Source of the DNA: an uncultured archaeon
GTDB lineage: Archaea; Thermoproteota; Nitrososphaeria; Nitrososphaerales; Gagatemarchaeaceae
Direction: 5' to 3'
DNA length: 64,000 bases
Assembly: GCA_963799775.1 (NCBI GenBank)
Contig: CAWCYD010000003.1
Location: 1,856,001-1,920,000, forward strand
Part shown: positions 26,272-37,210 of the stretch, piece after piece
Position numbering within the stretch: the first letter of the stretch is position 1
Layout: each line of letters starts with the position of its first letter
Made by a program: the position numbers and the translations under genes
Notes under the pieces: generated by a model
The model's database searches: none
What the model was told of the DNA's origin: nothing
What the model saw: the letters and a program-made list of their open reading frames with translations, nothing else

Positions 26272-27150
26272 GTGCGTCGAGTCCTAGCAATTGGAATCAT
26301 CTTGATTCTTCTCTGCGGTGCAGCTGGTTACATCGCTTTCCTGGAGCTTCAAACTTCTACTGCATCTAGTACGACAGCCGTCAGTAGCCTCACTAGTAAT
26401 TCCACAGCCCCTTCATCCTCCGAGTCCACAACTCCACAGAATGCAACACTGATCAGGGCCGTCGACTATCTCATCGACGGCTACAACCCTGACGTGGGGC
26501 TGATACCGGAAACTCCCGGCTCCTCCACCTACTGGCTCTACAGCGACAACTTTCTCGCTGCGCAAGCTCTGCTGCAGTACGGCAAGTCGAACAACACGGT
26601 GTTCGACATAGGGCAGAACATCTCGAAGACCCTGCAGAGGGATTCCGCGGGCATAGGCGCAGAGAACCAGTACGCGATGGCCCTCGGGGAAGGACCATGT
26701 CAATTCCACAGCGCCGTCGACTACAATGTGTCCTCATCAGGGGGCATCCAAATCAGGACGACCCTTAACAACGAGGCAGGGAATCTCTCTGCAAACCAGT
26801 ACGCAGACATCGCGTTCCTAACTGCAATCTGCCTTCATACAAACCAGCCCCAGGCGTTGGCGGAGTACGATGTCGGGCAGGGAATGTTCGATGGCATCGG
26901 GCTCAGGGACTTGCCCTACAACCAGTCGGAGCTCTACCAGACCTACAAACTGGCCCTCTACATCTACGCCAGCGATATCCTAAGCCAGCCAGTAAACCAG
27001 ACCGCCCTGGCCACGCTCATCAGGATGCAGGCCCCGAACGGAGGATTTTACACTGGATATGACCCAACCTATTCACCGGCAGGGACGCTCACAAACACGG
27101 AGACGACGAGCCTTGCCATCCTCGCTCTTTACAACTACTTGCAGAAGTGA
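26272..27150 (+). CDS. Secreted protein, unknown function
   Basis: Signal anchor and S/T linker; stop codon lies inside the repeat (GTGAAATG). Confidence 0.7.
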   Translation: MRRVLAIGIILILLCGAAGYIAFLELQTSTASSTTAVSSLTSNSTAPSSSESTTPQNATLIRAVDYLIDGYNPDVGLIPETPGSSTYWLYSDNFLAAQALLQYGKSNNTVFDIGQNISKTLQRDSAGIGAENQYAMALGEGPCQFHSAVDYNVSSSGGIQIRTTLNNEAGNLSANQYADIAFLTAICLHTNQPQALAEYDVGQGMFDGIGLRDLPYNQSELYQTYKLALYIYASDILSQPVNQTALATLIRMQAPNGGFYTGYDPTYSPAGTLTNTETTSLAILALYNYLQK

Positions 27151-27226
27151 AATGCCCCGGCGGAGGCGCAATTGACCCTGCGCAGGAAGCATCATCTTAA
27201 ATACACATACGTGCACATAATAATCA

Positions 27227-27463
27227 ATGGCCCACAAGACGATAACAATCTCAGACGACGCGTACGAGGCGCTCGCCAAATCAAAGAGAGAGAACGAGTC
27301 TTTCACCAAGGTCATACTGCGACTGACCTCTGACAAGAAAAAGGCCGCCAGGTTCTTGGAATATGTGATGAACTCTCCACCTGACGAGGAGCTCGCTCGA
27401 AGCGTCGAGAGGGCAATGGAGAAGACCCGGAAGGCGCGCCTCAAGCCCGCGAATCTGGGCTGA
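27227..27463 (+). CDS. vapB: VapB-family antitoxin (DUF217-like)
   Basis: KTITISDDAYEAL..K..NESFTKVI.RL. Confidence 0.85.
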   Translation: MAHKTITISDDAYEALAKSKRENESFTKVILRLTSDKKKAARFLEYVMNSPPDEELARSVERAMEKTRKARLKPANLG

Positions 27464-27470
27464 GCGACCT

Positions 27471-27866
27471 ATGGTGTGCCTAGACACTTCGGTGGTCGTC
27501 GCCATACTCCGAAAAGACCGAGCGGCGACTGAGAGGCTGAGGTCAGAGGTGGAAGGCGGGGGAACGTTCTCCACCACAGTGGTCACTCTGTGCGAGCTCT
27601 ACTCCGGCGCGTTTAGGGCCAGTGACCCGCAGAAAGAGGTGAAGAAAATACAAGAGTTGCTCACGAACCTGGAGGTCCTCGGGCTGGAAGAAGGTGCTGC
27701 GAGACGGTATGGGGAGCTGGTTAACGACGGGACTCTCAAGAGAGCGCCCATCGGAGACTTTGACCTGGTAATCGCCTCGATCGCCTTGGAGCAGGGAGAA
27801 AAACTGGTTACCCGCAATCTCAAGCATTTCAGCAGGGTCCCTGGACTGGTCACGGAGCAGTGGTGA
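27471..27866 (+). CDS. vapC: VapC PIN-domain toxin
   Basis: LDTS, DLVIASIA, LVTRNLKHF. Confidence 0.9.
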   Translation: MVCLDTSVVVAILRKDRAATERLRSEVEGGGTFSTTVVTLCELYSGAFRASDPQKEVKKIQELLTNLEVLGLEEGAARRYGELVNDGTLKRAPIGDFDLVIASIALEQGEKLVTRNLKHFSRVPGLVTEQW

Positions 27867-27900
27867 TCTCCGACTTCATCTTTCTTCGCGAGGGAGCGGC

Positions 27901-27998
27901 GAAGCCTTCGGGCCACCGGTTCAGCCCGTCCACTACCTATAGCTCAACGTGCGGATGAAATGCCCCGGCGGAGGCGCAATGAACCCTTCATGAACGGC
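27901..27998 (+). repeat. Long repeat copy (23S 3' end + BHB half)
   Basis: GAAGCCTTCGGGCCACCGGTTCAGCCCGTCCACTACC..GGCGCAATGAACCC. Confidence 0.95.
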
Positions 27999-28018
27999 AA
28001 AAACCTTTCAGCAAGAAT

Positions 28019-28618
28019 CTAGGGAACTAGGGTCTCCGTCGAGTTCACGGTAAGCTGAAGCGAAGTGTCCTCCACTGCATTCGGGATTGCTATGATTAGC
28101 GACATGCCGGCACGAGACCACGTGGTCGTTGGCTGCGAGTTGATGTAGACCTCAAAGCCGGGTTGTGGGAACAAACCTTCTGTCCCCCCCGAGACCGTAA
28201 GGTTACGACCCTGTGCGGCAACTGCGGAACTGATTGTGAAATTCACTGTCCAGACGTTCGAGTATGAGATGATGTGCCCCACCCCTCCGCCGCACATCGT
28301 CCCGCAAGCCGTTGGCGTGTCTGTGTAGGAATAGAAATAGGAACAGGTCGAACCGCTGAGGGGAAGGGTTGGGTTGAAGCTGACTTCAATGGATTCATTG
28401 GTCCCGCCGCTGACGCTGACCAGAGTCTGCAGGGAGTCCTGCGAAGGCGGCGGATTCGACACGACGCAGCCGTAATCAACGACACTCTTGCTTGGGGGTG
28501 GAACTGAAGGGCCAGCGGGCGACACGAACAGAGGAAAGATCACAAGGTCGAGGGCAAGAACAGACGCTATCGCAAGGGCGAGGATTGCGGCGTAACCGAG
28601 AGTGTTTCGACTTGGCAA
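28019..28618 (-). CDS. Secreted surface protein
   Basis: N-terminal anchor; S/T/Cys-rich. Confidence 0.6.
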   Translation of the reverse strand: MPSRNTLGYAAILALAIASVLALDLVIFPLFVSPAGPSVPPPSKSVVDYGCVVSNPPPSQDSLQTLVSVSGGTNESIEVSFNPTLPLSGSTCSYFYSYTDTPTACGTMCGGGVGHIISYSNVWTVNFTISSAVAAQGRNLTVSGGTEGLFPQPGFEVYINSQPTTTWSRAGMSLIIAIPNAVEDTSLQLTVNSTETLVP

Positions 28619-28800
28619 AGGCCCAAGACGCTACGGGTAAACTGCACCGGCGCGGTAAATAGCTTTGTCCGAACGTCACCGCAATGAACCCAAATGCACG
28701 GCGAATGCCCTGCGTACTTTCATTTTAGCAGAGCCTAGCGGAGGCTGGAACGTTCGGACAAATCCTTAATCGAAACCTTACGCTTGCGGACTACTGAACG

Positions 28801-29542
28801 GTGCAATTGAGGAGCGCATTTGTGGTAGCAATCGTCCTGATCCTAGTCGCTGCCAGCTTGGGCGCGGGCTACGCTGTCGGCAATTCGACCAAGGGCATAG
28901 AGACTGAAACCTCGACGGTAGTCTCCACCGCCACGCTAACAAAGGTGTCGACATCCACTGCAACGACAACGGTCAGCAGCGTATCGACGCAATCTTTCAC
29001 ACAGACCATCCCCTCGGACTGTCTCGTCAGCAATGTGTCGGGCTACTCGTTCGGCACCATCGCCATTGGGACAACCTCTCCCGCGATAGTCTGCGTCCAG
29101 CTCTATGAATTCAACGCCACCTCGACGGCCGTCCTGGACCCGGCCAGTCTCATCACCATCTATGGCGACGAGATTTCCAACGCCACTTCGAACTTCACAA
29201 TCACAGCAAGCGCCAGTAACATCGACCTGGGAGGTGCCTGCGTACTCGAATGAAGGAATCATTGTGGAATTCCACATTACGGCCAAACCAGGAATCAGCG
29301 GCACGTACTGGTTCCAGATACAACACGCGTGGTACCTTGAGGGTGCCGGAGCGACAGAAGCGGGCCCGAACGGCGTGCTGGTGGCCGGAACGGGCCAGCC
29401 AGACTATGTGCCTTCCACCTCCACCATATTGCCCTTGGAAGTAGGCTGCACCTCGCCGTTCAACGTACCCGGAGTAGGATCCAGCATCTGCGCAAGCGTC
29501 CTGTATTACCGAATCACCGACGTGACAAACTCAACGCAGTAG
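28801..29542 (+). pseudogene. Secreted surface protein, frameshifted near 29235
   Basis: Two overlapping ORFs; N-terminus resembles that of 23670 (RSA.V.A.V..LVAASLG.GY). Confidence 0.6.
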
Positions 29543-30054
29543 GCTAGGCGGAGGCGCAATGAACCCAATGTGGGGCTGTCGAGCAGAACGAGACGCGTTT
29601 CTCCTTTTATATCGCCGGCCGCTGTTGTATCTGGCATGGAAGTGACGCAGAAGGAGTTGGAAAAGGCGATGAAGGAAATCGACAAGAAACTAGCTCTTCC
29701 AGACGAGAAGTTCGAAAAGTACGCGAGTGACCTTCTTGAGCGCGCGGTCAAGGGACTACGAAGAAGCCGCTAAGCTGTATCAGTTCCTCTCCAGACTAGA
29801 GCACGTTCAGGTGAGAAGAGCCTTGCAGGCTTCTAGGCTCGCGCCTGACGAACTGGGGAACGAACTCGTCGTCCTCGCTGCGATTATGGAAATCAGAGAC
29901 CGCATAGGAGAGCCAACGTAGCGACCAGTTCTAGTGCGCTACCTGTAGCTCAACGTGTGAGTGAAATGCCCCGGCGGAGGCGCAATGAACCCTGTGTATG
30001 GCGAACGTCACGATCTTGAACTCCTGCAAAGAGATGGATTCCCGCAGGACTTTC

Positions 30055-31185
30055 TCAAGGAACTTGTTCCAGAAAGCTGTTGTTGTTCTCTCCAATCATG
30101 ACCCGGCCTCCATCCTGATAGGGAACGACTATGAGGTTGGTGGCTGATTCCCCTGTGTAGCCAAACGTGTAGAGCGACGGATACGACTCAAGCTGGTTCG
30201 CTGAATCCATGTAGAGCAATGCCAGAGTCGAGTTCATCTCGAGGAACCTAGTCGTTTGTCCGCAACAGTACGCTGCCCAAACCAGATCAGAGTCATACGA
30301 TTCGATATTCCCTATCTGTTGACCCCACGGCCAGAGCGTAGGTTTCACGACTATTGATGCAGACGTGACGTTTCGGATTGGGATGTGGACAATGCCGAAT
30401 GTGTCGTTGTTAGCCGCAAACGTTCCGTTGCCGAACGGGTTGTCAGACATCCTGATCTCTATCCCGGCATTGTAGACGTCGACTGAAGTGGTGAGCCGCA
30501 CATCCAGTGGGAGCGAGTAGTTTGACGTAGAGCCAAGGAACGAACCGAAGGCATAAGTTGTCTTTCCGTTCAATTCTCCATTCCGACCGTTTCCGTACGA
30601 ATCCAGAGTGACGTTCGCATTACTCCCGGTCTCGTTGAAGATGAGGCCATCGAAGTCCCTGACCTCTTGTGTAGTTGTATTCGCGAAGGGCACCACGTTT
30701 TGCGCCCAGAACAACTCGCTCCCATGGGCCGTGGTAACGACCACGTTCACGTTCATTTGGAGGCTTGCGCATTGCGTACACGCCAATACCGAGTAGGTTG
30801 GAGCTATGGAGTAGTCCCAATTTGTAGAAGCTGAGAGCGCGCTGATATCGGCCTGCCCAACGACCTCTGTTGTGTTTATGGAATACGATTGTAGCGACCC
30901 TGAATAGTTGTAGACGCCATACGAGGCTATCCCAATGGGGGATGCTTCGGTCGGGCGATTGAGAAGGTATTCAAATTGTGAGCTGTCTAGAAATTGTCCC
31001 CAATCGAAAGCCTGGGAAGACCCGGTGGCAGTCGTCGGAGACGACGTAGAACTGGTCGGAGTTACAGCAGTCCTGGTCAACATACTTGATTCGAGAGAGA
31101 CGCCGATAAGAAGAGCAATCAAGCCTGCTACGACGGTAACCATGACCGCCGACCGAGAGACAGCGTGTCTTCGCTTCAAGATCAT
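30055..31185 (-). CDS. Thermopsin-like (A5) protease
   Basis: PIGIASYG, ASLQMNV, FWAQNV, FGYTGES; signal anchor. Confidence 0.75.
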   Translation of the reverse strand: MILKRRHAVSRSAVMVTVVAGLIALLIGVSLESSMLTRTAVTPTSSTSSPTTATGSSQAFDWGQFLDSSQFEYLLNRPTEASPIGIASYGVYNYSGSLQSYSINTTEVVGQADISALSASTNWDYSIAPTYSVLACTQCASLQMNVNVVVTTAHGSELFWAQNVVPFANTTTQEVRDFDGLIFNETGSNANVTLDSYGNGRNGELNGKTTYAFGSFLGSTSNYSLPLDVRLTTSVDVYNAGIEIRMSDNPFGNGTFAANNDTFGIVHIPIRNVTSASIVVKPTLWPWGQQIGNIESYDSDLVWAAYCCGQTTRFLEMNSTLALLYMDSANQLESYPSLYTFGYTGESATNLIVVPYQDGGRVMIGENNNSFLEQVP

Positions 31186-31304
31186 TATTGCAGGCCCAGG
31201 GACCAAGGCGAAGCCAGCATTTTAATCGAGAGTCTATGGATTACTGGGCCCCGGTGGAGGCGCAATGAACCCCATGCGCGGCAACTAAATCCCCAAATGC
31301 TAGG

Positions 31305-31739
31305 TTGATTCTTCGCTGGCTTGTGGAGTCTCTACGCTACCCCTCGGTATCCGATGTGGTCGAGGTGAACAGGAGGGTCACAAAACTAACAGAAGATGAA
31401 CATCACATCGACGAGTATGATAGAGAGCGATTATCCAAGTTACTCGACGAGGTTCAGAACATCGGCAACTCCATCAGAAACCCGAGGCAGAGGATCATAG
31501 CCAAGTCGTCTTACCTGCTCTACTGCATTGCCGCTCGACAATTCTTTCACGAAGGAAACAAGAGAACAGCGTACACCGTCACCATGACGTTCTTGATTCT
31601 GAACGGCTACTCCATGCCTTCTAGAGATCCCAAGCGAGAAAAGATGCTCGACCTGATAGCCATGGGCCACCCAAGCATAACATTATTAGAGTTGGAGAAG
31701 CTAATGAGAAAACTGGTAACCAAGAGGGAGAACCCATGA
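31305..31739 (+). CDS. Fic/Doc family protein
   Basis: QFFHEGNKRTA..FLILNG. Confidence 0.85.
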   Translation: MILRWLVESLRYPSVSDVVEVNRRVTKLTEDEHHIDEYDRERLSKLLDEVQNIGNSIRNPRQRIIAKSSYLLYCIAARQFFHEGNKRTAYTVTMTFLILNGYSMPSRDPKREKMLDLIAMGHPSITLLELEKLMRKLVTKRENP

Positions 31740-31868
31740 GCAAGACAAGCCAAGAGATCAAGGTACCCAGGACTGACACTGAATTTGTCCGCCTAGCCAA
31801 GCAAGTAATCGCAAAAGAGAGGGACTATCTCATCTACATCGGCTCTGAGAAGCGCTAGCGACCAACGA

Positions 31869-32159
31869 GTGCCTGTCAGCGACATACAACCCTGGGGATT
31901 TACTCTGGCGTTGATTCGGGAAAAATGCGACTGGAAGGGGTGCAGTAACAAGGCATATCGCGAAGTAGACTATTTCACCAACAAGCCTCTCAGACAGAAG
32001 GTTGCTGACAACTTACGAACTTTGAGCGAAGACGAGGCTTCCAGTTACGTCCAAGAGCTGTTCAAAAAGAGAGGAATGTCGTGGTCTTTCCTGTGCAGGA
32101 AACACTTCAGGCAGGAGAGAGATGCCAATCGCATCATCATTTGGTCCACGATTTCTTAG
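31869..32159 (+). CDS. Hypothetical Cys/His protein
   Basis: CDWKGC..LCRKHF. Confidence 0.45.
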   Translation: MPVSDIQPWGFTLALIREKCDWKGCSNKAYREVDYFTNKPLRQKVADNLRTLSEDEASSYVQELFKKRGMSWSFLCRKHFRQERDANRIIIWSTIS

Positions 32160-32308
32160 CGAGAAGAGACTACTTCTGTCAAGAGCCCGAAAACGCACTT
32201 CGCACATAGGCGCGCCAAGCGTGGACCCATAATGCACGGCGATTGCCCCGCATTCTCAAAACGCACGCACCGGCGGAGGCGCAATGAACCCTTTGTGCAC
32301 GGCGAAGC

Positions 32309-32702
32309 CTAGTAGTCCTCGACTTTCAGCTCAGGTATTCCGGAAAAATGCTTGCGGTTTCGGGTGAGCAGCGGCTGGTTGTTCTCAACGGCAATCCCTG
32401 CGAGCATCGCGTCCTCCGGGTCTATCTTGTTCCCCTCCCTCACTCTCTGCGCGTAGATTGTCCCAGCCCTTACCGCAGACTGGGGGTCGAGCGGAAGCTG
32501 AGCGAGAGACCTGAGGACATCGAGAGACCTTCTCCCTCTCCTCAGACGACCTTACGCTGAGGCCGACCCCGACATAGAGCTCGAATATCGAAGGCGCTCC
32601 CACGAGGACAGGGGCGTTCGCGCCGGTGAGCTCCTCCGCCTTCCGAAGGGCGCCGGCGTCATTCCGCATCACGTCAACAAGAAACGTAGTGTCGACCAGC
32701 AA
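32309..32702 (-). pseudogene. vapC: VapC PIN toxin, frameshifted near 32525
   Basis: VDTTFLVD in one frame; DAMLAGIA..LLTRNRKHF in another. Confidence 0.8.
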
Positions 32703-32706
32703 GCGC

Positions 32707-32940
32707 TCAGCCCAGCCCTTCTGTGGTACGCTTGAGGCGCCTCGAGCTTTCTTCTCTTAGATTTCTCATACGCTCCTCCACTTGGTCTGCCTGAGGGGGA
32801 GACAAGATCCCTGCCAGATCCAGCACTCCCTTGCTCCGCGTCATCCGTTCGATGACCTCGGTGAAGCTCTCTCCCGGCTTCTTCAGGGCCTTGAGCCTTT
32901 GGTATGCTTCGTCGGAGATCGCGATATTCTTGGTCCCCAT
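32707..32940 (-). CDS. vapB: VapB-family antitoxin
   Basis: KNIAISDEAYQRLK..K.PGESFTEVI. Confidence 0.85.
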   Translation of the reverse strand: MGTKNIAISDEAYQRLKALKKPGESFTEVIERMTRSKGVLDLAGILSPPQADQVEERMRNLREESSRRLKRTTEGLG

Positions 32941-33125
32941 ATTCTGTGTGTGTCTGTGTGTGGGAGCTAATAACGATTGCTGCCGAGAATCTGCGGCGAA
33001 GTCACCTATGTCGCGCCCGTCCACCACCTATAGCCCAGCGTGTCAATGAAGTGCTCCGGCGGAGGCGCAATGAACCCTGTGTATGGCGACTAGTCTGCAA
33101 GTTCTCCGGCAGCTGCGCGCCTTGT

Positions 33126-33524
33126 TCACTCGAACACGCGCTTTATCCCAGCGATTCTGTCGAAATCTTTGTCGTTTGAGTAGACCTCGGCGATCTTCTC
33201 TCTTCTCATGACGGCGAGAGTGAGAGCGTCAACGAAGTCCATGCTCATCTTTTCCGCCTCGGCAGAGGCCCTGGGATAGTCCCTCCATCTGTTGCTCACC
33301 TTCTTCATCTTGTTGTAGGAGTTTACGGCCGCGAGGAAGACGCCAGCCCCCTTCTTCCTGTCGTTGTACTCGAGCCAATCGACGACCTCCTGAATTACAG
33401 CTAGGCTCGTCATCGCCTCTTCGCCCTCCTCCACCCTCTTCAGGATGGCTCTGGACGTCTCAAAGTCTCGCTTGGGGCTCCCAATCAGCGTGTTGAGAAA
33501 CACGTTGGCATCGACGAACCTCAA
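33126..33524 (-). CDS. vapC: VapC PIN toxin
   Basis: FVDANVF, DFVDAL, YSNDKDFD. Confidence 0.9.
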   Translation of the reverse strand: MRFVDANVFLNTLIGSPKRDFETSRAILKRVEEGEEAMTSLAVIQEVVDWLEYNDRKKGAGVFLAAVNSYNKMKKVSNRWRDYPRASAEAEKMSMDFVDALTLAVMRREKIAEVYSNDKDFDRIAGIKRVFE

Positions 33525-33790
33525 CCCGAACCCCTCTCGAGCTTCCTCTTCATCCTGCTGGCTGCGGCTCTGACGATCTCCTTGTCGAGAGGCTGTCCCA
33601 TGGTCATCCCGGAAGCCAGCCTGCTGATCTTCTCCGTGGGGTTGGCTATCGTTCCCGCGGCTGAAATCACGAGCCTCCCATCCTTCAAATCAACTGTCAC
33701 GTAATCTCCTTCTTCAACACCGAGCGCCTCTCTCATCTCCGCCGGAATCGTCACCTTGCCCTTTTGGAGCACCTTGACTTGAGCACCCAA
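33521..33790 (-). CDS. AbrB/MazE-type antitoxin
   Basis: KGKVTIPAEMREALGVEEGD. Confidence 0.85.
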   Translation of the reverse strand: MGAQVKVLQKGKVTIPAEMREALGVEEGDYVTVDLKDGRLVISAAGTIANPTEKISRLASGMTMGQPLDKEIVRAAASRMKRKLERGSG

Positions 33791-33957
33791 CGAGGTTCAC
33801 CTTCTGAAGGTAACCCAATGATTTATTGTTTGTGCTTTGCTTCTGGAGGCTTCGGCGCCCAGTTCAGCTCATGCGCTACCTATAGCTCAACGTGTGAGTG
33901 AAATGCCCCGGCGGAGGCGCATTTTGCTCTTAAATAAGAGGCCAACATCAAACGGCC

Positions 33958-34221
33958 GTGTCAAAGGTGGCCGAGAAGATTCCTGGCTGGGTGGAGAGGC
34001 TACTCATCCCCAAGTTGGAATCCAAGGTCCGCAGCATTGTAAGCGAGGAGGTCGGGCACCTTGAGAAGGTGCTGGATGCGCGTTTCGACGGCGTTCAATC
34101 CGAGATAAGACGCGTCGACGAGAAGATCGGCTCGCTTGAGAAGCGCTTCCCCGAAGTGCAGGAAATTGCGGAAATCAAGGCAAGGCTCAGCCAGGTCGAA
34201 AGCAAAGTCTCTTCTCGATAG
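33958..34221 (+). CDS. Small coiled-coil protein
   Basis: Heptad-like pattern; fills one cassette. Confidence 0.55.
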   Translation: MSKVAEKIPGWVERLLIPKLESKVRSIVSEEVGHLEKVLDARFDGVQSEIRRVDEKIGSLEKRFPEVQEIAEIKARLSQVESKVSSR

Positions 34222-34760
34222 GGCCTTCAGAACGCAGTCATTCTCCAAGCCAAACGGGTCCGGCGGAGGCGCAATTCCTCTCACGAAAAAGTGACGAATG
34301 ACGGCTTTGGATTTTCAGGCACGATACCCGGCCCAGGATGCCCCCGTGATGGGCGCTTTTTAGTCAGTTCTTCGATTGAGGATTCGAACGCTGACCGGCT
34401 TGGTCGAGATTCGAATAGTTGACGAGACTGGGACTGTCGTCCTGACCCTAGCATGGCGAAGGCGCTCTACGGCGGTCTGCTACCAGTTCCCGGATTCGAG
34501 GATTGCCAAGGCAAGCCTTAAAGAACTTGGCCGCCAATTGGGGGTCGACGAGGATACATGGAAAGCACTGGGGATCTGAGGGTCGCAAAGAAGATAGCGA
34601 CCGGCTCGGCAGTCGTCATAAGGGAGTACGTTGACGAGATGAGGAAGCAAGGAAGGATCAGCGGGGAGCTGTCGATCGTCGTAAGAGAAGGCAAGAAGGA
34701 ACGACGGTTGCCGTATCCACCCGTCTCCTAAAGCGGTCCTGCGGGGGGCCCGTCGAATCT

Positions 34761-34856
34761 GGGGTGTACGCTCGAAGCTTCGGCGACCAGCTCAGCCCGT
34801 CCTCTACCTATAGCTCGACGTGCGGATGAAATGCCCCGGCGGAGGCGCAACGAGCC
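34761..34856 (+). repeat. Repeat copy with the longest 23S-derived 5' part
   Basis: Begins GGGGTGTACGCT, matching 23S from ~11370. Confidence 0.93.
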
Positions 34857-35652
34857 TAATCATGGAACTGAAATCCCACCGCGTCCCATTCTAGGCTTCG
34901 CATAACGATCTGGCCGATTCCATCGAAGAAGAACCATAACACAAGAACCCTTGCATACAACTGTTGAAATCAGCGGGTCGTCAGCCTCCAAAGAGCCCAT
35001 TACCGGCGGCTGCTCTCGATATCAAGGCAATCTCCGAGCGCAACTTCTTGGACGAGGAATCCAGCTGGCGCATGACAGATTTTCACATATGGCCGGGCGA
35101 GCACTGCCCGGTGTTAAGACGGCAAGCTGACATGGGGCTCGCGATCAGGACTACGGACGACGACCTTGAGGAGTTACGGACTTCCGAAACATCTCGCCGA
35201 TCTGTAGGTCAGGAAGAAGCGATTGGCGATCCGACCATTCGCCTGAAACGGGGCCCTAATGACCGAGCTACCTGATGACTCCAGCTTCCTGCAAGATTCG
35301 TCTCATCCTTGCCTCCATCGAGAACGTTACTTCTTCGGCAGTTCTTGTCCCAAGGTAGAACTCCTCATGCCATTCGATCTGAAGCGTCCTACCCGGCCCC
35401 AGGGGAACGACCCTGGCGTATCGGACGGAGCCCTTCAAGCGATCGTCAGAGATGCCCTCGCTTCCTGTCAGTCTAGCCGCCCGTGGGCCATTGGTACACT
35501 TGATGGATATACGACTATTCTCAGGACTTTCGCTCTTCTTCATGCAAAGCCGAGGTAGTGAAGACATTTCTCGAAGAATTGGAGCTCGGCGGAGGCGCAA
35601 TGAACCCACATGCACAGCAAAGCCTCAATCAGAGGCAGCGAAGGAACTCTTC

Positions 35653-35841
35653 CTAGGAGATGTCGCAGTCCTTCAGGATGACGCTCAGCAACCCGACACG
35701 GATCTCTTTCGCCGGCACGGTCACGTAGACCCTTCCGTTCGTCAGCGTCACGTGGCTACCCTTCTGCCTGACGGCGCGGAAGCCGAACTCGTTGCAGAGG
35801 ATCTTGATGAGGTCTCTTCCTTCTACAGGTCTGAGCCTCAA
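35653..35841 (-). CDS. hicA: HicA toxin
   Basis: GFRAVRQKGSHV..VTVP..EI..GLL..IL. Confidence 0.85.
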   Translation of the reverse strand: MRLRPVEGRDLIKILCNEFGFRAVRQKGSHVTLTNGRVYVTVPAKEIRVGLLSVILKDCDIS

Positions 35842-35842
35842 G

Positions 35843-36034
35843 TCACGCTACGGCTTCTATCGCCTTTTCCTTCAGGGCCGAAAGGTGAAGCTCGAGGGCC
35901 GCCTCGAAGTTGCGCTTGGCCTCGGCCAATGTCTTCCCGACGCTGTAGACGCCGAGCGCCGAGCAAGCGATGGCGTACGAACCGTCCTTCTCCTTGATGA
36001 TTCGGGTCCGGACGTCCCTGAGCTTGATCGACAT
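35843..36034 (-). CDS. hicB: HicB antitoxin
   Basis: DGSY..LGVYSVGKTLAEAKRNFEAALELHL. Confidence 0.85.
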   Translation of the reverse strand: MSIKLRDVRTRIIKEKDGSYAIACSALGVYSVGKTLAEAKRNFEAALELHLSALKEKAIEAVA

Positions 36035-36209
36035 CGTCCTGGAATGACCGGTCGAGCCGCCCATAAGCTTTCCTTCCCGACCAGTTCAGCCCGTCCACTA
36101 CCTATCGTCCAAGGTGCGAGTGAAATGCCCCGGCGAACCCTAGCGGAGTTTGACGTTCGGACAAAGGTATATGTTGCGCAAGGCCGGTTCACCCAACCGG
36201 TGTTCCCAC

Positions 36210-37061
36210 ATGCCGAAGAGAGGTCTCGGAGCTCAGGTCGCCGTCTTCATCGTCATAGCGGTCTGCGTGGTCGCAGCCATCGGGGTAGTATCGCTTATGC
36301 AGTCAGGGGCGACTTCCGGATCCACGACCTCTAGCAACGATGCAACCAAGGCGACGTTCCTGTACCGCACGATGCCCAAGGAATTCGCAGTCGGCGGCTA
36401 CATGTTCTACATGGAATACAACGGCACCTACCTCGTCACCACTTTCAACGGGACGGCAACCGCAAACACAGGCTTCAACCTCGAGCTGAGGGTCTCGAAC
36501 GGGCTCTCCAATCAGACAATCGTGTTCGGATGGGCTCCTCCCGCCCCCTCGCCCGGCGTGCTTCCAACCCCCGATAGTGCGACCCTCTTCGGCGGCGGGC
36601 TACAGTTGAACTGGTTCAGCAACAGCACGGGAACCTATCTCCGGGCGTCCTTGAGCCAGGCTACATCCACCGTTACGGCTCCGGGCTCCACGACGACCTC
36701 GTTCACGCTGTCGACAGGGCCATCTGATACTATAACGACTGTTACGGGATATCCGACCTCCTCATCCCCGTCGGCAGGTTCGAGCTCTCAACAAGGCGGG
36801 ACGCAGACGGTGACCGCTACGGTGACCACGAAAGTCGGCTCCCCGGGGGGGACGACGACGGTGACCGAATGCAGCAGCACCAACACCAGCACAGTGACTA
36901 CCACATTGATCGAGTCGTCCACTACCCAAGCCGTAGCCACTGTGACGACGACCGCAACTCTTACGTCAACAAGCTACGGTTCAACGGCGACCGCAACAGG
37001 CTGCCAAGCGACTGTCACGACAGAAACAGTCACACAGACGACCTCCGGCCTCGGTTCGTGA
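36210..37061 (+). CDS. Thr-rich surface protein
   Basis: MPKRG-LG followed by a hydrophobic helix; Thr-rich C-terminus. Confidence 0.7.
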   Translation: MPKRGLGAQVAVFIVIAVCVVAAIGVVSLMQSGATSGSTTSSNDATKATFLYRTMPKEFAVGGYMFYMEYNGTYLVTTFNGTATANTGFNLELRVSNGLSNQTIVFGWAPPAPSPGVLPTPDSATLFGGGLQLNWFSNSTGTYLRASLSQATSTVTAPGSTTTSFTLSTGPSDTITTVTGYPTSSSPSAGSSSQQGGTQTVTATVTTKVGSPGGTTTVTECSSTNTSTVTTTLIESSTTQAVATVTTTATLTSTSYGSTATATGCQATVTTETVTQTTSGLGS

Positions 37062-37210
37062 CCCGCCAGCGCGTGAAATGCCCCGGCGGAGGCGCGATGA
37101 ACCCTAGGTATGGTGACAACGTCCTCCCTCGTGCGCTTTCTCGGCTCGCCCCGAAAGCAGCAAGCCAACAGAGAGCGCGCAAGCTTCATCTGGCTCTCGG
37201 ATGGCGCAGT

